From an uncultured Alphaproteobacteria bacterium (GTDB taxonomy: Bacteria > Pseudomonadota > Alphaproteobacteria > Acetobacterales > Acetobacteraceae), in assembly GCA_963792345.1 (NCBI GenBank), contig CAWBVV010000003.1, forward strand, positions 302,205-366,204: a stretch of 64,000 bases of DNA, read 5' to 3'. Positions 53,792 through 64,000 of the stretch are shown here, piece after piece. The notes under the pieces were generated by a model. That model saw nothing but the letters and a program-made list of their open reading frames with translations. It ran no database searches and was not told the DNA's origin. Within the stretch, counting starts at the first letter, position 1. Each line of letters begins with the position of its first letter. The position numbers and the translations under genes are program-made.

Positions 53792-54974
53792 CCACCGAGG
53801 ACACTGATCGTCGCCGCGGTGGCCGAGGCGGTGCGGACCCGCGAGCCGCTGCTGATCGAGGGCAACGGCACGAAGGCTGGCATGCTGCGGCCGGTGCAGG
53901 CGGCGCGCACTTTGTCGACCGCCGGACTGTCGGGATCAACCTGTATGCGCCGAAGGAACTGATCATCTCCGCCTGGGCCGGCACGCCGCTGCCTGAGATC
54001 GAGGCCGCCCTGACGGAGGCGGGCCAGCACCTGATCGCCGAACCGCCTGACTTGTCGGATCTGCTTGGCGAGACGGGTAAGCCCCAGACACTGGGCGGCG
54101 TCGTTGCCACCAATCTGTCCGGTCCGCGTCGCGTCGCCTGGGGCGCGATGCGCGATCATGTCATGGGCATCCGCGCGGTGACCGGTCGAGCGGAGGTCAT
54201 TCGTTCGGGCGGGCGGGTGCTGAAGAATGTTACCGGGCTTGACCTGTGCAAGCTGCTTACCGGCAGTCACGGCACGCTGGGCGTGATCACCGAGATCACG
54301 CTCAAGGTGCTGCCCGCGCCGGAGGCGACCGGCACGCTGGTGCTGCCGGTCTGGACGCCGCCGCAGGCGTCGCGGCCTTGTCCGCCGCGCTCGGTTCGCC
54401 GTTCGGCGTGTCGGGCGCCGCGTGGCTGCCGGCGGACGCTGTTGCGCGGGTCGCCGGCCTGGCGGGGATCCGCTGGGCCGGCCACGCTGATCCGGATCGA
54501 GGATTTTGCGCCGTCGGTTGAGCTACCGCATCGGCCGGCTGAACGACCAGTTCGCGATCGCCGGCGCGATTGTGCTCGATACCGCTGCATCGCGAGCCGT
54601 CTGGAAGGATATCCGCGATGCGCGTCCCCTGGTCGCGGCGGCGGAAGACGCGGTCTGGCGCGTCTCGGTGCGTCCGTCGGCGGGGCCGTCGGTGCTGCAG
54701 CGCTGCGGCCGGCCGGCGTTGGCGGGTATCTTGACTGGGGCGGCGGGCTGGTCTGGCTGGCTGGTCGCCGCGGATGGCGCCACCCATGGGGCGGTCGAGG
54801 CCGCCGCCAGACAAGCCGGCGGCACCTGGACCTTGCTGCGGGCGCCGGAGCCTTGCGCGGCGCGGTGCACGTGGTGCCGGACGAGGCCGCCGCGCTGGCG
54901 CGGATCACCAGGCAGGTGAAGGCGGCGATGGACCCGGCGGGATCCTAACCCGGCCGCTCTACGCGGGGCTTTGA
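53788..54974 (+). CDS. glcE: Glycolate oxidase FAD subunit E, frameshifted
   Basis: GGVVATNLSGPRR, GGRVLKNVTGLDL, DWGGGLVW, KAAMDP. Confidence 0.92.
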
Positions 54975-55117
54975 GATGCCCGCCGTCGCCTGTCGGTTCT
55001 GCACTACCGGATTATCAGCCGGCGTTCAACCGCTGGCTTTGGCTGGCGATGATCGTGGCTGCATACCGACCGGTGCCGGCCATCCGCTTCGCAGACGTGC
55101 TGCCACCGGAGTATGGC

Positions 55118-56422
55118 ATGCAAACCAATTTTACCGCCGAACAGCTTCGCGACCCTGATACCGCGTCCTCCAACGCCGTGCTGCGCACCTGCGTGCATTG
55201 CGGGATGTGCACCGCGACCTGTCCGACCTTCCTGCTGCTGGGCGACGAACTCGACAGCCCGCGCGGCCGCATCTACCTGATCAAGGACATGCTGGAGACC
55301 GGCCGTCCGGCGACCGAGGAAGTCGTGCGCCATGTCGACCGCTGCCTGTCCTGCCTGTCCTGCATGACCACCTGCCCGTCCGGCGTGAACTACATGCACC
55401 TGGTCGATCACGCCCGCGCCTATATCGAGCAGACCTACCGCCGTCCGCTGCCGGAACGGCTGCTGCGTCGGCACTGGGATGGCTGCTGCCGCGGCCCGGG
55501 CTGTTCCGCCTGGCCCTTGCCGGCGCCCGGCTGGCCCGCCCGTTCGGCACGGCTGATCCCGGGCCAGTCGATGCTGGCGCAGCGGCTGCGCGCGATGCTG
55601 TCGCTGGCGCCGGCGGTCGTGCCCGCCGCCAGTCCGATCGAAAAGCCGCAGGTCTATCCGGCCGAGGGCGCGCGGAAGGCCCGCGTCGCGTTGCTGACCG
55701 GGTGCGCGCAGCAGGTGCTGATGCCGCGCATCAACGAAGCCACGATCCGGCTGCTGACCCGGCTGGGTGTGGAGGTCGTGGTGTCCCCAAGGGCGCGGGC
55801 TGTTGCGGCGCGCTCAACCATCACATCGGGCAGCACGACCGGGCGATGGCGCTGGCCCGGGCGAATATCGAGGCATGGTCGCGGCGAGGCGGAATCTGGA
55901 TGCGGTGGTCATCAATGCCTCCGGCTGCGGCACCACGGTCAAGGATTACGGGTTCATGTTCCGCACCGAACCGGAACCGTGGCGCGAACGGGCCGAAAAG
56001 ATCGCGGGATTGGCGGTGGACATAACCGAGTTCCTGTCGCGCTTCGGCTATGCTGCCGACGCGGCCGGCACCCGGCCTGACGGTGGCCTATCACTCCGCC
56101 TGCAGCCTGCAGCACGGCCAGCAGGTCACCGCGGAGCCGAAGGCGCTGCTTGCCCGCGCCGGGTTCCGCGTGGTGGAACCGAGGGAAGCCGCATATCTGC
56201 TGCGGGTCGGCGGGAACCTATAATCTGTTGCAGCCGGAGATCGCGGGCCGGCTGCGCGAGCGCAAACTGGGCAACCTGAAGGCCACCAAGCCGGACCTGA
56301 TCGCGGCGGGGAATATTGGCTGCATCACGCAGTTGTCGGGCGATGCGGTGCCGGTCGTGCATACGGTCGAACTGCTGGATTGGATGGCCGGCGGCCCGTG
56401 CCCTCCGGGTGTTCCCGGCTAG
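55118..56422 (+). CDS. glcF: Glycolate oxidase Fe-S subunit F, frameshifted
   Basis: MQTNF, CVHCGMCTATCPT, CLSCLSCMTTCP, CCGA, CCGSAGTYN. Confidence 0.95.
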
Positions 56423-56423
56423 G

Positions 56424-56993
56424 ATGAGGGGCGGACGCCTCCTGGCTTGCGCTGTGCATACTGGGTATGGGCTTTGCTGCCCATGCGCATGCCCAGTCGC
56501 CGGCGGACAAGCGGGCGGCGGTCGACGCGGCTGCTCGATGCCTTGAAGGTGGCGCCGGATGAGCCATCGGCGGCCGGGCTGGAGGGCCAGTTGGAGCAGG
56601 TCTGGATGCGCTCCGGCTCTCCTGCGGTGACGCTACTGATGAGCCGCGGGATGCGCTCGCTCCAGGCTGGCCAAAATGATGAGGCGGTGGAGTCGTTCTC
56701 CGACGCCATTACGCTTGCAGCCGGATGTGGGCGAGGCCTGGCATCAGCGCGCCCTGGCCCGCTACCACGCCGGCGACGTGAACGGGGCGATCCGGGACCT
56801 GGAGGAGACCGTCCGGCTGGAGCCGCGGGATTTCTCGGCGTTTCGCACACTTGCCGATATCGCCGCCGCCCGCGAGGACTGGAAGGGGGCCTATGCCGCC
56901 TGGCAGAAGGTGCATGGAATCGATCCCAAGACGCCGGGCGGGGAGGAGCGCCTGCGACTGCTGAAGCGGAAGGCGCTTGGTGAGGACACCTGA
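56424..56993 (+). CDS. Tetratricopeptide repeat protein, frameshifted
   Basis: WMRSGSPAVTLLM, EAWHQRA, LEPRDFSA. Confidence 0.8.
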
Positions 56994-57035
56994 GCGGGTT
57001 CGTGTGTGGCGCGCGACTGGTCAGCTTGCCATCCC

Positions 57036-57080
57036 GCTGTGCTGTGCCGTGGTGTGCTGTGCCGTGCTGGGCTGGGCTGG
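57036..57080. repeat. Pentanucleotide microsatellite, 9 copies
   Basis: GCTGT/GCCGT/GGTGT/GCTGG units between convergent genes. Confidence 0.85.
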
Positions 57081-57108
57081 GCGGCGCCGCCTTGCTGGCG
57101 TTGCCGCT

Positions 57109-57573
57109 TCAGATGCCCGCTTCGTTCATGAAGACCGGCAGGCGTTTCTGCCCGGCCCCATACCCACCGGCGCTGAGTGCGATGACATCCAGTTCCCTGC
57201 CGTCCAGGATCAGGTCGGCATGGTCGCCGCAGTTGTTGGCGCCGCTGCTGGTGCGTTCGCCCGCCCAGTGGACCCGGAAGCTTCCCGCGGCCTCCATCGA
57301 CTGGCCTTCGACGACAAGGCTGCCGCCGGAATGGTGCAGGGTGCCCAGGTCGAGGACGCAGCCGAACTGGCCGGGCCGATGAACAACGAGGCGGGCGAGA
57401 TCGCCGTTCGGCTGGTCAGTTGATGCCGAAAATGCAATGATATCGCCGATGCGCTGTGGCTTCTGGGCCATGTCCGTGATCGCGTTCACCGCCGTAAGGG
57501 CAACGATCATGCAGGCCGCACCAACGATCATCGGAAGCAGGATGCGGGCTGTCGTGTCTTTGCCAGTGGGCAT
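57109..57573 (-). CDS. Hypothetical membrane-anchored exported protein
   Basis: N-terminal TM ILLPMIVGAACMIVALTAV, then a beta-rich domain with two Cys. Confidence 0.7.
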   Translation of the reverse strand: MPTGKDTTARILLPMIVGAACMIVALTAVNAITDMAQKPQRIGDIIAFSASTDQPNGDLARLVVHRPGQFGCVLDLGTLHHSGGSLVVEGQSMEAAGSFRVHWAGERTSSGANNCGDHADLILDGRELDVIALSAGGYGAGQKRLPVFMNEAGI

Positions 57574-57619
57574 GAAGGGCTCCATGATTTTCAGGAGCGA
57601 CCGGTATAGAACCAAAACG

Positions 57620-57635
57620 TTGAGAAACTGTTAAC
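57620..57635. promoter_or_regulatory. Putative CtrA box
   Basis: TTGA-gaaactg-TTAAC, one mismatch to TTAA-N7-TTAAC. Confidence 0.5.
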
Positions 57636-57796
57636 GTAATCGAAACGCAATTTTCGCCGCGCGTGCGGAAAGCCTGTCTCCGTGCGGGTTACGCACAGCC
57701 AAAGGCTTCCCTGTGGCGGACGAACCGATCAAGCTGCCGGCGCTGGAAGAGCGCTTTGGGCAGCGCCGTAAGTTGTCCGGCGGGGAGGGATGAGGC

Positions 57797-58510
57797 ATGA
57801 CGGATATCGGACTTTTCGATGCGATCTACAGCGCGCGGGCGTTGCGGCGGCTTAAACCCGATCCGGTTCCTGAGGCGCTGATTACGCAAAGTGTTCTCGA
57901 TGCGGCCATCAGGGCGCCGTCGGGCGGAAATGCCCAGAACTGGATTTTCATGGTTGTCCGCGATGAGGTGCTGCGACGCCGCCTGGGCGCGGTGTATCGC
58001 AAGGCCTCGGATGAGGTGGCCGCGATCTATGCCGCGCGCGGGCGTCCGGCCCATCTTACGGATGCGCAGTATCAGCGGCTTGATGGATGGCGGAAGCTAT
58101 CTCTGGGATCATATCGGCGACGCGCCGGTGCTGCTGGTGCCATGCCTGAAAAAGCGCGACATGCCGCCGCGTGAGGCGTTGCCCGAGGCGATGGCGGCAC
58201 GTTACGATGCCCACCTGGCTGCATCAGGAAAAGATCCGTGGTTCCAGCATTTATCCGGCGGTGCAGAACATCATTCTTGCGTGCCGGGGTCTTGGCCTTG
58301 GCACCCTGATCACCACCAATCACATCCTGTATGAGGACGATGTCCGCGCGATTCTGGGCCTGCCCGAGCGACGTGTTCACCTTCGCCTTGATGCCGATTG
58401 GTTACCCGATAGGGAAATATGGGCCGCTGACGCGCCGTCCGGTCCGGGAAGTTGCGTTCGCCGATCGTTGGGGCGAGTGCTGGCCTGGTCAGTTGTCCGC
58501 CACGTCATAG
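57797..58510 (+). CDS. Nitroreductase family protein, frameshifted
   Basis: RALRRLKPDPVP, APSGGNAQNW, SIYPAVQNIILACRGLGLG, GPLTRRP. Confidence 0.9.
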
Positions 58511-58717
58511 CGTTACCACGGACTGTGTCCCTCCGATGGTTGATTGTGCTTGCGCCGGCGGGGCTGGCGTAAAGCCCAGGCCGCTTTCGGCGGTCGCTGC
58601 GCGAGGCTTGACCCGAGCCGCGTCGACGAAGCCAGGCCTGGTATCGGATTTGTCGCTGGATCTGGCCAGTTTGGGTGGGCTTCGTTGGGGAGGACCGGCT
58701 TTCTCGGGCAGGGGCAA
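58511..58717. repeat. Dispersed structured repeat, copy 4
   Basis: GATTGTGCTTGCGCCGGCGGGGCTGG...TTCGGCGGTCGCTGCGCGAGGCTTGAC...GACGAAGCCAGG; fills the entire gap between two convergent stop codons. Confidence 0.9.
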
Positions 58718-60118
58718 TTACTTCGAAGCGGCGTCGATCCGGCGCAGGCTTTCTTCGCGCCCAAGCGCCGCCAGGGTGGCATCGATGCCAGGGCTGACCG
58801 TGCTGCCGGTCAATGCCGCGCGCAACGGCTGCGCGACCTGGCCCAGCTTCAGGCCGCTGCTTTCGGCGAACGCCCGCAACGCGGCGTCGATCGCCGCGAC
58901 GGAGAAATCGGTCTCCGCCAGGGCCGCGCGCGACGTCCGCAACATCAGCCGTGCCTCGGCCGTCAGCGCCGCGGCCGCCTTCGGCTCCATCGGCAGCGGC
59001 ACGACCCGAGCCAGAAAGGCCGCGGAATCGGCGAGTTCCACCAGCGTCTTCGCCCGCTCCTTCAGCGCCGGCATCAGCGCCCGAACGCGCGGCGGCGTGG
59101 CTGCCGAGCGAAAGGTCGGGCCGATGCGCCAGCCGCTCCAGCACGTCCCTGGTCAGCCGGTCGTCGTCGGCTTGGCGGATATAGATGCCGTTCAGGTTGG
59201 TCAGCTTGGCGTAGTCCATCCGCGACGCGCCCGCGGTTGACGTCGACGATGTCGAACAGCCGGATGGCTTCCTCCCGGCCGACGACTTCCAGGTCGCCGT
59301 GCGACCAGCCCAGCCGCAGCAGGTAGTTGCACAGCGCCTCCGGCAGGAACCCTTGCTCGCGGAATTCCAGCGCGAACTGGGCGCCGTGCCGCTTCGACAG
59401 CTTGGTGCCATCGGCGCCGTGGATCAGCGGGATATGGCGCGAAGCGCGGCAGCTCCCACCCCATCGCCCGATAGACCTGGATCTGGCGGAAGGTGTTGGT
59501 CAGATGGTCGTCGCCGCGGATCACGTGGGTGATCGCCATGTCGTGGTCGTCCACCACCACCGAATGGTTGTACATCGGCGACCCGTCGCTGCGCAGGATG
59601 ATCATGTCATCCAGTTCGGCATTGGCGACGCGGACCGTGCCCTGCACCAGGTCCTCCAGCACGGTCTCACCGTCGCGCTCGCTTTTCAGGCGGATCACCG
59701 GGGTAACGCCCGGCGGCGCCTCGGACGGATCGCGGTCGCGCCAGCGCCCGTCATAGCGCCAGACGCGCTTTTCGGCGCGGGCCTGCTCGCGCTCCGGCGC
59801 CAGTTCCTCCGGCGTGCAGTAGCAGTAGTAGGCCTTGCCGGCGGCCAGCAGTTGGTGGGCCACCTCGGCGTGGCGCTGCATCGGCGCTGGATTGAAACAC
59901 GGTCTGTCCGTCGCGCGCCAATCCCAGCCAGTCCAGGCTTTCGATGATGCCCCGGGTGGCGGCTTCGGTGCTGCGCTCGCGGTCGGTATCCTCGATCCGC
60001 AGCAGAGAACTCGCCGCCGCAATGGCGGCTGTAGAGGTAGTTGAACAAGCGCGGTGCGGACACTGCCGATATGCATCGGGCCGGTCGGGCTGGGGGCGAA
60101 GCGGGTGCGGACGGTCAT
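58718..60118 (-). CDS. gltX: Glutamate--tRNA ligase, frameshifted
   Basis: [39 protein letters not shown]. Confidence 0.97.
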
Positions 60119-60195
60119 GCCGCATCTAGCACGGCATCCTCAGCATCGGCACCGCTTCACTCTTTGTAGACAGTTGCACGTCTACTCTGCCTCGC

Positions 60196-62444
60196 ATGAG
60201 GCTGGTCGCCGCCACTGAAAGCCGCGTTGGACTCCTGGCTTGATGTCGAGCGGGAGAGGCTTGCGCTGTGGCTGCCGGTGTTCATGGGCGCGGGCGTGTC
60301 TGGCCTACTACGCCCTGCGCTTTGAACCCGCCGCCTGGCTGGGCGCCGCGGTCGCTGCTCCGCCGCTGGCGCTGGCGGTGTGGCTTGCCCGGGTTGCGTT
60401 GGCTGCTGGGCCCTCGCGGCCGCCGCGCTGGGTTTCGCCGCAGCGCAATTCGCCACCGCCCGCGCGCCGCCGATCGAGGCGGACCTGCCGACCCAGGCCA
60501 CCATCGTCACCGGCACAATCCGAGCGGTCGAGGCTTTGCCGGAGGGGCGCCGGATCACCATCCAGCCGGCGTGGCTGGATGGCGCGCCGGAGCCGTTGCG
60601 CCGATCGGTGCGGATCCGGCTGCAGAAGAAGGACGACGGGGATCTGGCGAGCGGCGACTCGGTCCGCGCTCCGCGCGCTGGTCCGCCCGCCGGCGCCGCC
60701 GTCGTATCCCGGCGGCTGGGACCTGCAGCGGGATGCGTTCTACTCCGGTCTGGGCGCGTCGGGCTATGCGCTGGGCAAGGCGGAGCGGACCGCCGCAGGC
60801 GGTCGCCGTCCGGCCCGATGCGGTTCGTGCAATGGCTGCGCGAGATCATCGCGCGGCCGGGTTGTCGCGGTGATCCCCGGCGCCGCCGGCGCGGTTTCGG
60901 TTACCGCTGCTGACCGGCGCCTCGATGGCGATCCCGGAGAGCCGATCATGCGGCGTTTCGCGATTCGGGCCTGGCCCATCTGCTGGCGGTCGCTGGGTTG
61001 CATATCGGCATCGTCATGGGCTTCGCGCTGACCATTTCCCGCCTCGGGTTTGCGCTGAGCGAGCGCGCCAGCCTGTTCTGGCCAACCAAGAAGCTGGCCG
61101 CGATCTGCGCCCTGGCGGCCGGTGGCGCCTACATGGTGCTGACCGGCATGCATGTGCCGATCATCCGCAGCTTCGTCATGGCCTGCCTGTTCACCGTCGC
61201 GCATCCTGGCGGACCGGCGGCCGTTTTCGGTGCGCGGGTTGGCACTGGCGGCCACGGTGCTGATGCTGATCGCGCCGCAGGAGGTGCCGGATGTCTCGTT
61301 CCAGATGAGCTTCTCGGCGGTGCTGGCGCTGATCGCGGGGTACGAGGCGCTGCGTCCATGGCTCCGGCGCCTGCACGGCGACAGCTGGCACCGGCGGTTG
61401 GCGTCCCACCTCGTCGCGCTGGCGCTGACCAGCGCGCTGGCCGGTTCGGCGTCCGCACCTTATGGCGCCTATCATTTCGGTCACGTGCAGGTTTATTTCG
61501 TGCTGGCGAACATGGTCGCCGTGCCGCTGACCGCGATGTGGGTGATGCCGGCAGGGCTGATCGCGCTGTTGCTGATGCCGCTGCATCTGGAGGCGCTGGC
61601 CCTGGTGCCGATGGGCTGGGGGGCGCAGGCCGTGGTTTGGGTCGCGCGCGCGACCGCCGCATTGCCGGACGCGACATTCGATCGTTCCGCATATTCCGGC
61701 CTGGGGACTTTGCGTGTTCTCGCTCGGGCTTGCGTGGCTGGGGCTGTGGCAGACCACGGCGGCGGCTTCGGGCGTGGTGGTGATGCTGGTCGGGTCTGGC
61801 CTCGCCGCTGTTGGACCATCCGCCCGACCTGCTGGTCTCGGACGACGGGCGGCTGATCGCGGTGCGGACCGGGCAGGGGGCGTTTCTTGCAGCAGGCCCA
61901 GGGCGGGTCGAAGTTTACCCGCGACGCCTGGGCGCAGTACTGGGCGGTCGGGTCGTTTCAAGCGATGCCAAAGATTCGCCGTCGGGCGAGACTGGCGACC
62001 GGCAGTGCTTAACCCGGCGCGGGCGCGGCAGCCAGCAGCGATGCGATTCGCTGCGAGAAGGACGCCTGCCTGCTGCGGCCCTATCCGGACCGGCCGGGCG
62101 CGTTGCTGGCCCGCGGCGCCCAGCATCCGAATTTCTGCGCCAGAGCTCGGTCATCGTTTCGGCCGAACCGGCCCGCGGTCTGTGCCCGCGGCCATGGCCG
62201 CAAGCTGGTGGATCGGTTTACCGTCTGGCGCTACGGCAGCGCGGCGATCTGGCTGGAGCCGGACGGCGCCCGCATCGTGACGGACCGGCCGGAGCGGGGC
62301 GACCGGCCATGGGTGCCGCCGCCGCCGAAGCCGCGCAAGTCGGCAACCCCGCTCTGCCGCCTGCCGCCCATCGATCGTGCTCAGGCGAACCAGTGGCAAG
62401 CCCCGCCTGCTCGCGAACGTTCCGGCACGCGAAGGCCAAGCTGA
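60196..62444 (+). CDS. comEC: ComEC/Rec2 competence protein, frameshifted
   Basis: GLAHLLAVAGLHIGIV, SFQMSFSAV, LANMVAVP; divergent from gltX. Confidence 0.92.
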
Positions 62445-62470
62445 TGTCGGCGCACGGTGAACGATCGAGC

Positions 62471-62509
62471 AAAAAACGGGCCGCACCCTTTCAGATGCGG
62501 CCCGCTTTT
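62471..62509. terminator. Bidirectional intrinsic terminator
   Basis: AAAAAA-CGGGCCGCA...TGCGGCCCG-CTTTT between comEC and groL. Confidence 0.85.
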
Positions 62510-62533
62510 CGTCAGACGTCGGTGAGATACGGA

Positions 62534-64000
<1,467 letters not shown>

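Noticed and set aside
16880-58790. Recurrent peptides DCACVGGAG.KP.PPSAVAARGLT and MCLRRR...FGGRCARLDP in several ORFs
   Set aside because: They are translations of the DNA repeat in two frames; no RBS, and conservation follows base pairing rather than codons.
60155-60169. LexA-like box CTTC-actcttt-GTAG upstream of comEC
   Set aside because: Three mismatches to GTTC-N7-GTTC; too weak to call.

Overview
High-GC alphaproteobacterial chromosomal segment, most consistent with Acetobacteraceae/Rhodospirillales. This rests on the gene orders rluC-asmA-ATP12-acyP, dnaB-alr-mlaE, argH/tlpA and gltX/comEC, and on an alpha-type LexA box. About 60 genes: housekeeping genes (dnaB, alr, argD, argH, gltX, groL, glcDEF, comEC) interleaved with many catabolic oxidoreductases and hydrolases. 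No rRNA, tRNA, CRISPR array, transposase or integrase was seen. Many genes carry single-base frameshifts, sparse in 1-40 kb and dense in 41-63 kb, including gltX and groL, so these are most likely sequencing/assembly errors. Most notable signals: (1) an Arg-rich leader peptide plus terminator ahead of a stand-alone argD, a candidate arginine-sensing attenuator; (2) four co-oriented copies of a ~200-bp structured repeat, three of which end exactly at the stop codon of a minus-strand gene; (3) an unknown 235-aa gene with a perfect LexA box, bracketed by two of these repeats; (4) a tiny secreted peptide gene, an orphan 369-aa helical protein and several F420-type oxidoreductase families. Coordinates of frameshifted genes are approximate, and all family calls come from motif recognition, not database searches.
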